This document shows, piece after piece, positions 1 to 14,285 of a DNA stretch of 64,000 nt. Where the stretch lies: contig JAQGDQ010000010.1 of assembly GCA_030141605.1 (NCBI GenBank), positions 434,001-498,000 of the forward strand, read 5' to 3'. Under the pieces are notes generated by a model. The model made no database searches, was not told the origin of the DNA, and was given only the letters and a program-made list of their open reading frames with translations. Each line of letters begins with the position of its first letter. Within the stretch, counting starts at the first letter, position 1. A program made the position numbers and the translations under genes. The DNA comes from Tubiluchus corallicola. Taxonomy: Eukaryota > Animalia > Priapulida.

Positions 1-1100
1 TTCTGGTGTGACACGAAGGATTTCCTTGAAGATTGGGCGGACTGAAGAATGACTGAAGAGTTTGCTTGGGTGGAGAGTGCATAAGCTGATGTCCATCATC
101 TTTCAATGTAGAATTTTCGCTAAGACATTTTTCGCTAAGAAATCTCATTGGATCGGTTATCAGATTTGTGGCTGTTGAGTACCTTTCTAGAGGCAAAATT
201 CTCATAGTTTCTGTTTATATTTTCGTTTTGTAGTCCCTGCAGTCGGTTTTTGATTGCCTATTTCGTGTAGATTGAAATAAGCGACATTATTGATGTGTAT
301 ATTGCTGCCTTCAAACAATGCCATAAATGGTTTCGATTGGCAATAGTAACAATCTACACAGAAGTACCACACAGCTATGAATTGATTCATGATTTTATGC
401 ATAGTCATTTTGAGATGTCATCTATAGTTTTAAAATGGTAAGAGAGAAGATTTAGTTCCAGGGTATATCAGCAAAAAGAAACAAAAGGATTCTCTGTCAA
501 CTTTACCATAATAAAAACGTGGAAGTTGTGCTGAAGCGTCAGGCATTAAGGTGGTCGAATGACGTTTTAACAAGATTCAGCAAAGAGATCCAGTAGGTAA
601 CTCCTGTCAGTATTAGTTCGGGATCCAAGTGTAGCAATCTGAACAAGACCATAAGATGATACCAAGAAGTTCAGTTTTGCTAAAGCACAAACCTCCAATG
701 ATCAGGTATTTGCTGAAGGGTGAAAACAAAGGGCATCGCTAATACCCGATAATACTATGCCAGCACTGCTGTAAACTAGGATAATGAAACTGATAGAGAA
801 AAAAACGATATGTGTTAGAATGCAGAACAGCCGAGTGAGAAACACTGGAAGCGCCGAAAGTGGTGCTAATAAGCTCCTGGTACTGTCTGGTAGTTTTCTG
901 CTGGATTAACTGCTGTGTTTACTTCTTTCGAAGCAAATTTTTTTTTTAGAATTTTGAATGTCCATCGTCTGCAATAGACGTAATAGGCATGATGAAGTGG
1001 AGATACATGAACTCTGTGGACTCATTTGTTCAGAGTAAAAATAAAGACCGCACAAGAAGGAGAACAACACAAGTCATGAACGGAGTATCCTTATATTATG
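1..1100 (-). mobile_element. Degenerate LINE (CR1/L2-like) ORF2 fragment: AP-endonuclease domain plus tether region, running off the window start
   Basis: Minus-strand translation across frameshifts gives motifs in APE order: VRSL (~1050), LIIGG (for IxGDFN, ~700), LVSSYGLVQI...SRT...SYLLDLF...SFDH (~670-550). Tether motifs follow: DIPWN, KRKYKQKL and LKDDG...KQTLQSFFS. Many stops. Confidence 0.65.
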
Positions 1101-1684
1101 CAAAAGTTGCATGAGAGTTGTCATCCAATTTTTTGACAAGAGGATAAAGATAACAGAAGGTTTCGAAACTAGCGCATTTCTGCCGGCAATAAAGTTGGAT
1201 AAGAAAGCTTTTTGTGTCATTCAGGCAGTTGCTGATACTTTTTGGCAGAATGAACTGTGGTTTTTGTTGCTCCGATCGGATTTGGGGATTTTGTGTTGAC
1301 TTTTTATAATAGTTTTTAAAAAGAGTGCATAAAAAAGTGTCGAATGTCGCATTGACAAGAAGACAACAAGTGTGATCCTGAGAAATTTACATCTTCATGT
1401 AGCACCATTATAGCATCAGGATAGCGATCAAAGTTGCTGCAAAGACCACCAGCCATGCATTTCGAATGTTAGCAGTGTTAACTGACATGTTCGTCTATTA
1501 AAAGCAAAGGCTCTGCATTTTTAGCCGCAAGAAAAGAAGTGGTACTAAGATTGTGTTTGCGTCTCACCCTTGAAAAATTATTTCCTTAACAATTTCTTGC
1601 AGTACTGAGGAAAAAGGCACAAATAAGAAACATATATTGTTAAACGGTGAGTATTATCAAGCACACTTATAATTAATATCACCA

Positions 1685-1699
1685 TTGTTGTGTTGCTGC

Positions 1700-1734
<35 letters not shown>

Positions 1735-1742
1735 TGTTGTTA
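1685..1742. repeat. (GTT/GCT)n microsatellite
   Basis: Direct reading. Confidence 0.9.
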
Positions 1743-2826
1743 GTATTCCTATTCGGCCTTCCGGGCTCACCATCTTTACGTTTATTTATTTTTCTGTTAT
1801 GTAATAATTTATTTATTTATTTGTTTAAGTACATTAAGTGTCTTACTAATCAGTCTATACACATAGTGAGAGCATGATGCGTTTTTGTCTTTGACACTGT
1901 ATTGATTATACTTTCCACTGTGAACGCTAATTTCATTGTTTGACTCTCTTAATACTTGTCTTCGCACTCTTTGGCGTTAATTCAAGGAACCGAATGCATG
2001 AAAGATCTAATAAAGTTTTGAAACTTAAAAAATGTTGTTGATTTTGGTACTAACGCGGACATAGCTGGAGTAAGAACAGGCGACGGAAGATAGCTGGCCA
2101 ACAACAAGGTTCTCTTGGTGGCGGGTTCTCGAGATCTGGTACTGGAAGTTTCAAAAGGATGGTGACTGGCTTAGTATTGATTGATGAAAAGTAAACGACA
2201 GAAACAATAGGTAAAGGAAGAAGGGCAGCAACCAGTAATGTTAAGAACTGTATCACATAATGTTGCTACTTTGGTTACTTGACGATGAGATCTCTTAATA
2301 CTTCTAAAAGTTTCAAAACTTTTTTTGTAAAAAATTATAGCCATAAAAATGTTCATTTGTGTAATTGTGCCTTCAAACTGTTCATCACCTGCTGTTTGAT
2401 TACAAGTTAGTTCACAAATGTTAAGAAACGAGTTTATCGGCATTTTGCCAATTTTAGATGCAGACTATGTTTTTTTGCAGTAGAAATAATAGCTCAGCTC
2501 TGTTATTGCTTTAGCTAATTTAATTAGGCATAGTAACCATTTCATTTCATCTCTAACCTGGTAATTGAAAAGTTCTATTAAATTAAAATGACTCGTGCGC
2601 CATATTTATGGTACACATACAAGTATAAATCTATTTGTCATGTGTCATCTGTCTGTGAAACATGTTATATCATCTATAATCCGTGAAATTCGGTACCCGT
2701 GAAATGTAATTTCCGTCTAAATATGATCAAAATATCCGTCTTTTGCAAATGAAATTGAAATTGATATCTGCTCTAAGGATGCATGTGAGCCAGCTTTGTT
2801 AAATTTAAATTATTGATTGACGCGTC

Positions 2827-4409
2827 TATCGCTAATTTCAACCGGAAAAGGAAGCCTCCGAAGGTCGTGAACTAGACTTTAGTAGCAGTGAAAGTTCTAG
2901 TGAGATAATCTTTATAGCACTTACGCTTACACTTTTCATTTTAGCTTATTATTAGTTACATTACGTATATGAAACGGCCTCAATAAAAACACCAATATAG
3001 TTTTTCTAAAAATTATATTTTTAATTATTTTTAATTTATTCATCACATACATCTACAACTAATAATAACAAGGGCTAAGAAAGGCGTCCAATCAAAGGGC
3101 AAGTGAAAAATAAAACAGCCTAATAATTTTATTGCCAGTATGCTGTAACATCTAGACCACTTAATTGTCTTACAAGTCTAACAACTGTGTATATATAAAT
3201 TGTAGGCCTATAGAAGTTATTAGCTACTATCAACACTTATTTTTTAACTATTCAGGCCAACCTGAGAAGAATTTAAATGAAATGGATATGTAAGCCATTA
3301 TAACCGAAGTCCGGCCTCTCATTCATGGAAGGTCTAGCTACTTACTATGAAATTCCTCAAATGGCAAACATTAACAAGGGCTGTCATATCACCTATATTC
3401 AGTATAATGTATTCATTTGTCAATTACAGACACTATAAGGAAAGTACACAGGTATGAACTTTTCTGCTAAAATAATTTATGAGCCTAATTATGACTGATG
3501 ATATCTACTTAGGTCTTATGAACTGCTTATAGACTCAGTCTGCACAAATCAAAATATACTTGTTATATAAACAAATGTGCAACTGAAAAGCAGTAAAGTA
3601 AACTATTACAAACTTGCCTCTGTTGCTCATACATGAGTGGCTTCAATGATGAGCCCACGATCCATCTCTTTAAATTTTACAAGTAATGTTAGCCCAACAG
3701 TATCTCACATCAAATTTTCTAATTCTAAAATAGTCAGGTTTAACGTACATGCTGCAGATTCTGACTTGTCATGATATTTAAGGTAGGTACAAATTTTTGT
3801 TAAAGATATATTTAAAAAAATATAATACATGTATTCATCTAGCTATAACATTACGTTGTTATTTCTAGGATGTCCTAGTGAGTTTGGGTGACTGACCACA
3901 ATGGATTGGTGTATTTACAAGCACTGCTACACGAGCACAATTAAACAACAACGAGAATGCTTTCACTGCCAAGAGAAAAGTTCACTAAAAATTAATAGCA
4001 GATTCTGAACTGAAGGCACTGTGTTTGTACTTGCATAAACATATACTAGCACATTCGTGTAAAAATTTGCACAACATTCGGCTTACCGAAACACAAAAAT
4101 AGTTAGCATGCAAAGTAGGCATATATGTTAAACTATTCACATTTATTTTGGTTTATGTGTACGCCTCACTTTAAAATCCTTGTTTTTTAGTTTTTCACTG
4201 TCCAAATGTGTCAATATTGGTTACTTACAGACACTAAACTATAAAGTACAATAAAAATCTAATATTATATTCTAGACGATCAGTATATTACGAATAATGA
4301 AGAATTTGGCATCCTCTTTTTAAACGGAGCGATACTGCGTAACCTGTTGATATGTTCGAACAAGATTCGAAGTAGTGTTTGTCCAACTGATACTCCATTA
4401 AATGTGTAG
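2827..4409 (+). pseudogene. KolX-like accessory gene (Cys-rich domain related to the P2X7 C-terminal 'ballast' domain), spliced and decayed
   Basis: Exon-like blocks: 2827-2904 YR*FQPEKEASEGRELDFSSSESSSE (cf. PYxFEP plus acidic/Ser tract). 3869-~4010, after acceptor tttctag: MDWCIYKHCYTSTIKQQRECFHCQE (cf. WCxCxxC...ECxCCxE). 4276-4409, between tctag and gta: QYITNNEEFGILFLNGAILRNLL (cf. CITxxxxFxxxCLNxxVL). Several Cys are lost and the last exon (RYxAYRQ...PSCVV) was not found. Confidence 0.7.
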
Positions 4410-4680
4410 GTATATTTAAATCTTTAAGCTAAGGTGGACAACATTACGTAACTCTTCATTGTAACATATCGTTTAGATGGTAAGTCAAGTTGTCACTAAA
4501 CAATTCCTTGGATTAACACAAGCAAATACGATACAATATAAATGTGTTAAAGTTTCATCAATTTATGGTATGTTGTACCCATAAATCTTGCACATTACTA
4601 TTGAAACAGCATGAAATTAAATAATCACAGAAAAACTATATCATGATTCTGCTTTTTATGATAGAATTATATTGATTATG

Positions 4681-4790
4681 TCATTGATGCTTGAGTTTTT
4701 TCGAAAACACAACATAATGTTTTACGGCCTTCGGATCAGGCTGAAGACGGTTCCATTGTGGCGCCGCTAGCATATGTCTGGCCTTCATTC
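4681..4790 (-). pseudogene. Kolobok transposase C-terminal exon remnant
   Basis: After acceptor TTTCAG it reads (G)MKARHMLAAPQWNRLQPDPKAVKHYVVFSKKLKHQ*. This matches the Kolobok-type GMxARxxLAAxxxN...FSKxxxxW motif, with the TGA near the expected Trp. Confidence 0.7.
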
Positions 4791-5709
4791 CTGAAATTCA
4801 TGTATGGATGTCAATGCATTATCAAGTATTCTAGTGTTAAAAGGTTTACGTAAGTTTCTAGCATTAACTGTAGGTTTCATATGTTCACTCCACTTATTTT
4901 AAAATAGACAACAAAACAGTGTAGATAATGTAATAATGTAAACAGTAACTATTGCGAAGAACTGAATGACATGAACAATGAGAACATTAATTTTATGTTA
5001 TTGTTAACAGATGAAGAAAAGAGCAGAACAGTTGTAACTTCAGATGAAACTTGCTTTTTATGTTATAAATTGAAAGCTTTTACGTCCAGTGATAATCACT
5101 GGCCAGAGTACTGTTAGTTTTACTATTTCCTTTTTGACATCAAGGGAATTCACAGAAGTATTATAATATTATAATAATGTTTTTAATTAAGAAAATGTAT
5201 TGTACAAATTGCAAAAGATTTTTAGCAATTTACAGTTTATTTCAAACATTTTTATGTATAGTAATAGTATACAAACTTGTGTACTGTTTTTTGAGATGCA
5301 CGATACATAAAGAACTATAAATGAAGTTTTTAAGCTTTTCATAAGCATTTCCAAAAGCGAAGTTTTTTATTATTTCTCAGTAATTGCGTTACTTATTAAA
5401 AATTGATTTTTAAACAAATGCTATTACGTAATATTGATTAATATGTGTAAATGCAATAACAAGAACTTTGAAAACGCTGTTACAATAAAATCTCTAAACT
5501 TAGATATTTGGAAAAACAGCAATAGTAATGGGCTATATTGTGAGTGTTGTGACTGATATAAAAATGTCCAAATAAATGAATTTAGTTATAAACAGTACTG
5601 TAACATTCACAATTTTTACTAACTTTAGTTGTAAATAACTTTAATGCTTATACGTAGTATAATAGTATGTACAATGTTCATACATAGATGAGTGTTTACC
5701 GATTTTATT

Positions 5710-5754
5710 TTCGCCTCTTCACAGTGTGAGCTTTCAAGCAGTTTGGCTGCCAAC
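5710..5754 (-). pseudogene. Possible small internal exon of the transposase gene
   Basis: Minus strand: TTTAG|LAAKLLESSHCEEAKIKS|GTAAAC. It lies downstream of the THAP exon but has no diagnostic motif. Confidence 0.35.
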
Positions 5755-6069
5755 TAAATTTGAAAATAGAAAAAATTAAACATAAGATGAGGTGTTTATT
5801 TCAAAATAATATTACATACTAATTTAAAATTGTTTTTTTTTGGCTAAGCTTCTTAGTTGTTGTAGTCAGTAACAATAACTGCTTGTTTGGCTGAATTTAC
5901 TATCAGTGTGTGGCTTACCATACTATAGCTGCATTTGTACAAGAAGAACATTCCAAGGTGAATTTAATCATTTAAATTAAACTAGCTGACATAGACTTAA
6001 TAAAAAGTTCCTCAACTAATCTTGTGATCTGAAAGTGTGTAGTGTGTAGCAAGTAAATTTTATTCTCAT

Positions 6070-6418
6070 CTCTTTTCTTTCTCTTTCGGTAATTCGTTTC
6101 TCTGTATGTATACGACGTTTACTGGGCCTTACAATTCGGTGCTTAAAAATGGTTGGAACTGCATCCTCCTCCAGTGTTTTTTCGCTTGAGCGGTGGAAGC
6201 CACAGAATGCGCGGTATTTACTTTGATGAAAGCTGTCTTCCGTGAAATGTTCTGAGGTTACAAAGCTTGATTTGTTGGGTACAAAATCTTTCTTTGCTAC
6301 ATTATGTAACCACTTCCTTAATAATCCTAAGTTTTTTTAGCGGAAAGTGGTAAAATTTCAGTCCTGAAATTGGTGTTCTCTGTGTGTTTGTACACAGTGG
6401 GACACAATAGACGGGCAT
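6070..6418 (-). pseudogene. THAP zinc-finger exon of the transposase (frameshifted)
   Basis: ATG at 6418: MPVYCVPLCTNTQRTPISGLKFYHFPLK, a frameshift in an A-run, then LGLLRKWLHNVAKKDFVPNKSSFVTSEHFTEDSF...TLEEDAVPTIFKHR. The THAP signature (MP-CxxxC-FP-W-(C)xxHF-AVPTIF) is present, with the third Cys replaced by Thr. Confidence 0.9.
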
Positions 6419-7102
6419 TATAGCGATTTCTACATCTATTCAATGAGCGCAAGTTTATTACATGATCATTATCAATAATAGTCAAAATAAAATTTTCAAT
6501 GCACTATAACTTACAACTTACAGTGCTGTGCACTGAATTTTAAATACTTCGTGCACAACAAAGACGCTTTTTGTCCAATGTTACACAATGAAAAATTAAA
6601 ATAAGTTTTCCTGGCATTTCAAGCACCCAACACGAAAAGTCAGTATCACTATTACGAGTGTTGATTCTTTGCAAATAGAAGCCTTGGCGACTGTGTTCTA
6701 GTGATGTCACGCCTCGTGATCTGTCACATGCTGGCTTTTCAAATGGCGGAAAGTGCGCCAGCGTTTACTGCAGCGGTTCAAATATTTTACAAAAATTGAA
6801 GTAAATGCGAAAACCTGAGTACTTTATTCGCTTAAGATTATACTTAGGTTATATCATTTTTTATTGCGAGTTTTCTGGGGTTTACTTTGGTTGGCCATTT
6901 TCTTGTCCTTTAACACACAACCTTCCATTGCGATCAAATGCAATTTTGCTCACCTGAATGCTTAGCAAATGCGAATACCCAAAGTGTGATGAGGTTAACA
7001 AATGAACAGGTTACATTAACAGTAATTTGTTTTTAGAACAATAAATTTACGTAGTATTCATTTTTTCGTAAATATTTCGATTCTAGTAAAACTCCGTACG
7101 CA

Positions 7103-7448
7103 TTAAAAGGCTAAAATTAATAGTAAGTACAACTTACACGAAGTCTAGTTTCCATGCTACAAATTCAGCTACTATGAGAGAAAAATTAAAATTGTATATG
7201 CGGAAACAACCGTTCTTGCTATCGCCAGACAAATGAAAGCATTTGTTGCGATTGTAAATACTCTTAGGGTTGCAATATAGCAAATGGTTCTAGTTCTGGA
7301 TACAGGATTATACGCGAATAAAATGCACGATAAATTGAAACTGTAGCTAGCAGGAATCTGTATACTTTTAGTGGAAACAAGAGTGAAAAAAGTTTTTGCG
7401 AATAATATCGTTTATGAATGCCGCTGCACACGTTTATGGCCCCTTTAA
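7103..7448. mobile_element. Kolobok-like MITE
   Basis: TTAA|AAGGCTAAAA ... TTATGGCCCT|TTAA: imperfect short TIR with TTAA on both sides. Confidence 0.45.
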
Positions 7449-10400
7449 ATGTTTCATTAACTTTGTCAACTTCCTTGTTACTTTTTTACATATTCTGAGC
7501 ATTATTATTTTTGACCATTGAGCCTGTAGGATCATTTAGCTTTTCTGCACATCTTTACAGTATAAGAGTGAATATTATTTTGTGACACGCACAGCATGTA
7601 GTGGCTGTTTCAGAAGAAACGTAGTAGAAATATGTTGCTGAAATGTGTGATCAAATCTCAATGAAATGTGGTTAAGTGTTAAGTCATTTAGTAAGAGATT
7701 ATACAAGAATAACTATCTGAAGCATGTGTAATTAACTTACAGACATAACATGGGAGTGATGTTGTATGTTATGAAAATATATGTTCATCCATTGGATCTA
7801 TAATACTTGTTATTTTGTCCAAAATGAACATGAACATGAAGTAAATAATATTATATTTGCATAACTCCGCTTTCCCTGCCGTATGACCTGTTTTTGTACA
7901 TTCCAATATATAAAAATATTAGCATTTCCTTACAGCTTTCTGAAGTATATGTATTTGTATCTTTCTTTATGTTTAGCACTAAGTTTATGTAGTGTGCTTA
8001 TAGGAGATAACATGCTTTTAATGAGATTTTCATTAATAAAAGCTCCAAGTAACTCTTATTTAACCAAAACTTATATTTTTGAGCCGTGATTCAATAAACA
8101 ATAAAAAGGTCAAGAAGGCTGTTTAAGGTCAAAATGCTAATTATTTAATAAGACTACGCAAGTTAATTCGGTAGAACGCCTCTGTAACATGCAAATTTAG
8201 CAGTGGGTTCCCTAGTTTATGATTCTGGTTAGTTTATATATATAATTTATTATATATATTTCACTAACGAATTTTCGCTTCATAGCTCACGGAAAACTTT
8301 TAGTGAATCCGCTGTATTGCCTCAATAATTAAGCAAACTATTATGACCATAGTTCATTCAAAGTTGACAGAAAGGAGATTAGAGACAACCAGGTGAGACA
8401 AGCATCAATAGGGGTAAATTAAGCCTAACGTGCAGCGCAAGTGTAAGGTACGGTTCATTAAACTGTTTCAATTTTTTCTTACAAAACTCACTGTACAACG
8501 ACAAGACTAAAATCTCTATACATTTGTGATTGATGAATTAAAGAAACAAATTTGGGATGTAGAAACAACACCAATCTACTATGATAGCATACGTTATTCA
8601 AAGAGTTCTTGAAAAAGATGGAATAATAGCAAGACAAGATGATGGTCGATACGGAACCGTGAGGAGCCTTCACAGCTGACATCCAAAAGACGTGTAGAAT
8701 TACGTTTCTGTTATTATATTTGCCCAGACGACGTCCATCCAAGAAATATACATTCGATTTTCTAGAAAGAACAAACTGTTGCGAACTTCCTGTTTTTGAG
8801 TCCAGTTCACCAAGCTCAACAGAGACTGATCAATTCTTTCTTTTTTCGACACATATTGCCCGTCAGCAGATTTGCACGCTACAGCAGGGACAAGTTGACC
8901 ACTACTGATTGTACAGTCTTGTGTTAGCACAGTCAATTATCATGGCTTTGCTCAGACTAATTGTACCAGTTTAATGACCATTTGAGTCTATAAAACCTTG
9001 CTTTGCTCTGTAATTTTTGTTAGACACTTTCTGGATGTCGCATTAAGTATTTGTCCAGTTTTTGTTTCCTTTAATATATTTTGTTTAAATATTGTTTTTC
9101 ACTTCTTTGTTAAATGTAAAACTCGCTATAATGCTTAGTTAGAGTTATTGCGAATTTAGGCTTTATGCACAAAATTTAGTTTTTCCAGCTTGAAGTTTAA
9201 TCAGATTTACGAACACTACATTTGTAGTGTTACATGTCATTCTTTATTTGTTTGCATATGTTTTCGTACTGTTATTTCTGATTTGTAATGAGTTGCTTCT
9301 TAAAACAGCTTTTTGGTTGCAAAGTAATCAACAAGTTTTACATATTTTTAGCAAGTATTCATTACCGAAAGTGAGTTATTTCGCCTTTGGATTCAGCAAA
9401 TGGAAATCACGCCGCTTCGTTATCGTTATCTTGCTTTTCCACATTTGCAGTTTTTGAATTAAAAAAGCCAACCAATAGTTTTTTCCAATCGCAATTTTCT
9501 CAAGCTATTGTGTTTAATCTTTCATTTAACAAATTGGTCCTCCCAAGCGTGGCCTCCATTCGTGTATCAGTCTACCGGTCTTAGTCTGTTTATCCATCCC
9601 TCGATCTATTTATTTATTGATGAACACCATTCCTTATAGCTGCCCAGCACCACAGAAAAAACATTGACGGACACAATTATAGCACAAAAATGAAATTTTC
9701 TTAACGAACCATATTGAGAGCAAGTTGTCAGAATTACTCCTTATCGATTGCAGCATGCATACTATTACATAGTGGATGTTATGCTGCGTAAACATGAAAA
9801 TAACATAGAAAGTGAAAAGTGGAATAAATCGCAACTAAAAGGAAACTCGCCCAGAAATTTCGTGTCGTCTGCATGTCGCAGATCTCTAGTTAAGAGTAGT
9901 GGCAAATGTGCAGAATTTAAGAAGTTAGACATCTACACTGTCATTATTGGTCTATTAAACTGTTAAATAATTAAGGAGACTTGTCTTCTATATTTTGTAA
10001 ATGATAGGCGAAAATTAGTAGAAAATCGCAGAATTTTAGCCAAAACGAAACCACGATCATTATTTTGTGAACAAGCTTTGTCATATACTATTATTTATAT
10101 GGGATAACAATGCACACTGGGATTGTGGAGCACTGACGTCACGCCATCATCTTGCCCATGTATCTTATTTCTATTTACTCCGAAACAGTCTTTTAAGCAA
10201 ATAAGAATGTTGCTAGCTGCAATAACTTTAAACGAATTTTCGAAATAGTTAAGTGGGTTTAAGAGACGATTTGTTGACAGATAACTCAATATTTCGATCA
10301 CCGGCAGCCATTCTAGAGCACATACAAGTTTAAATGCTGATTTCGATTTAATCGTGCATCTGCTCTTGAGGATGGCAGCCCATTTAACAATTTAACTATT

Positions 10401-11269
10401 TCAGTACCTTTCGGCTTCATTTACCATTTACCAGTATTTTAAAAATAATTGACTGCGCTTTTCCTACCTATTTAATCAATAATTTGCATGTAAAAACAAC
10501 ATTTAATCTAAGAATCTTGTACAGTCTTACTAACGCAAGCTGATCTTTATTAGTTGTTTTATGTAGTTGCAAAATAAGTAATAAGTCCTGAAATTGGCTG
10601 TTAAATAGCAACTGATTAATGATTTTGTTCTACTGTCGACTTTTTCCCGCCAGGGTTGTCAAAACTCGAGTAGCGCAGCCCCAGCCAGTAGAAACAGCGA
10701 CTATGACATTTTGAGTAATCATGACATTACTGGCAAAAAACTGGACCAGTTGCACAATATAGTTAAATGAAAGATGAGAACCTGGCTTAACCTAATTGTT
10801 GAAATCCCGGGAGCATGTTAGTAAAACCTACATGAACTAATAAAATGGTCACCTACTCTAGAAAAAGACCATAAAAACGAATAGGTAAACAATACATACA
10901 GCTAAAACGCGAAGTTTGCGACCTTTTCAACAATGCAAAATGTATAAACATTGGCAGTCAGAATCAAGACTGTTTGCGCTCACCACACTGATACCTCCAA
11001 ACTTGTGCATCTATAACATTCACGAGTATCTATAGATTTTCATCGTTAACAGATGCTTATATTTTAAGTGAATTTTAGAGATTACTATTGCAAAACAGTT
11101 CGAAAAAGAAACCATGCTGTAGTTTAAAACGTAACTTTATTAAAATATAATAGTTTGTTAGTATGCCATAACGCGTACGCTAATGAAGAGCTCTTGTGAC
11201 GCGTCTAACAATAGTGATCTATGGACTGAACCAAAATATCATGTTCGACTATCTCTTAATCAGTCAATA

Positions 11270-11271
<2 letters not shown>

Positions 11272-11301
<30 letters not shown>

Positions 11302-11416
11302 CTGTATTGCTGCCAAACGATGATGATGATGATGATGATGATGATGAAGACGACGATTATAATGAAGACGACGACGATGATAATGAAGACGACGACGACG
11401 ACGGTGGTGGTGGTGA
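11272..11416. repeat. (TA)n followed by a compound (GAT/GAC/GGT)n microsatellite
   Basis: Direct reading. It explains the poly-H/R ORF 11260-11520. Confidence 0.95.
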
Positions 11417-12401
11417 CGCTGCTGCATCAGTATGGCTGGCAGAAATTGTGTTTTGATTAGACTGCTTGCATTAAAGGGAATACATTGTAATTGTACAGTA
11501 TGTTCCAAAAACTTTTCCATACAAAGTTTGCAAAGTTAGTACTCAGTATACGGTTACTTGTTTGAAAGACATATGCAATTGAAAAAGAAAGTTCTTAATA
11601 TTTTAAATGTTCCGACCAGCTGGTAAAATGTCACTAAATGGTAATATTAACGAAAAAATAAAATAATTTATACCTTTGCTTAAGTAGTGAACTGTGTGCT
11701 ACGAATGCTCTGATTTTTTTCAAACTTTATGCAATGTTATTTAAAGCCGTTTGAAGCGACTTACTGCTTAAATGGCTGCGCAAATAAACTATCAATACAT
11801 GGGTTTAAACTTTAAAATTTTTACAGCGTTGTTAATAATAAAAGCTTTCTGTGCAGTAAGACAAGAAATAAGGTATACAAAATTTCTGATCGATTTTTTT
11901 TTAGTTTTGTGTAAGAGTAGTGTTTTTTGAGCATCAAAATTGATTGTCGTTGGAAGCAAAAGCACTTAATTTTCTAAGGACACATAAAACATTTTAAGTG
12001 GTCGGGATATTAAAGATTCCAAAGGTTAATTTTCAGAAATTGTTACGACATACACCTCTTCTTAAACGCCAGGAGAATTAGGGCAACTTTCTGCAAAAGA
12101 TTTACTGTCGATAGCTAGCTATTTATTGATAGAACCACAGAAGTGCATGTTTGTTTCTCAAAGACTAGATAGACACGTTGAATACACGCTGTTCACTTGA
12201 CGATGGTGGTGACCAGCTTTTATAGCTATTGATGTGGTGTCGCATATCAAGGGGTTGGAGTCACTTATTTCAGCGCTTTAGAAGTGACCTGTCTCTTCAC
12301 TGCTTTTTCTCTCACCTGCCTTTTCACTTTTACTGAAAAAGAGAGGATAAGCAAGGAGAGAAGAGAAAGAGAGGAGAAGAAAAGAGGAAATGACATGAGA
12401 G

Positions 12402-13077
<676 letters not shown>

Positions 13078-14201
13078 GGGAGAGAATGAGAGAGGAAGAA
13101 AGATACAAAGAAAGAAGGAATCTAGACTAAACTAAGCCATTCAGTAAGGCGTTCACACGCGGCATCACAGACCTGCTATAAAAATCTGCAGTACTGCGCA
13201 AGCTGGTGGGAACAGCGTCGCTTGGCTTCATTGGTATAAATCGCTATTCGATTGTCACTCGTTGCCGGTAATGCATTACATAACAAAGTCGTGAAATTAC
13301 AATGATCTTTGGTGACAGTTGTTGCCAGAATATCGCAACTTTTAGTGCACCACATAGTTAACAGACATTTCACAAGTTGTACTATTTTGCAGATTGTTAT
13401 ATGTATAATGCATTGTAATGTGACAGTTTTGGAGTATTGTTAAAATATTTGTGTTTAACGTATTTTATTAAATCCTTGTGAAGTGATTTTTGAGCAAAAG
13501 TTTTTTTTATTTTTCGTCGTGATTTGGAAAGCCAAATATAAGTCACAAGTTTATTCAGTGAGTTGGAAAGTAGTCATTGGAAAAAAAATAGAACATTGGC
13601 ACTGCATCTGATGCATCACTTTATGAGTGATTGATTAGAAAAAAGTTGATCCGGGTTTGTCAAAGTAAGTGAATTAAATTTACTACTTAAGATAAGTAAC
13701 CGTCTTTTGCATTTACTAATTATGGAATGAAATTAGTGAGTTAAGTTATTTAGGTATGAATTATTACGAATGTGTTTCATTATTAAAAACATCCCTCAAC
13801 CAGATATTGATCCTGCTTGAAGTTACAAGGCAATTCAGATATATATATAAAGCACCTATCATTTGAGTAGAAGCTTTCAGGTTCAAGTTGCGCTTTTGGA
13901 ATGAAATTTTCAAAGATGTTCCATTTCAACTTTAAGTGTACGTCTCTCTTACAGTTGAAGAAATTCCCTGAGAATCATAACTTTTGCTTTTTGAGAAAGC
14001 AAACATTATGGAAAATCGTTGTCTATTTATCTTTCTTAGTCCCCAAGAAAGATTGCAAAAATGACAGACAAAAAATACCTGACAAGTTGGCGAGAATAGG
14101 TAGCTAGTGAGTGAAAAAGTAATCATTGGAGAGAGTGATGGTGAGAGAAGGAAAAGCGAAAAGAAGAAAGAGGGGACAAAATGAAAAATGAGAAAAAGAA
14201 A

Positions 14202-14228
14202 CATATATATATATATATATAGCAATAT

Positions 14229-14285
<57 letters not shown>

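Larger units (their letters stand above)
2583..6913 (-). mobile_element. Fossil, internally deleted Kolobok-type DNA transposon (THAP transposase on -, KolX-like gene on +, convergent)
   Basis: Right end ...CTTGTCCT|TTAA (TTAA at 6910-6913) fits the Kolobok RR..YY termini and TTAA target. The left end is tentative (TTAA at 2583-2586, poor TIR match). Contains a THAP exon, the transposase C-terminal motif and KolX-like exons listed separately. Confidence 0.75.

Noticed and set aside
1-1400. Penelope-like element (AKLNF and PPKQ motifs)
   Set aside because: The motif order fits an APE-type LINE endonuclease plus tether better.
2050-2443. Two overlapping minus ORFs next to the Kolobok element
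   Set aside because: No recognisable motif, and they lie outside the tentative element boundary.
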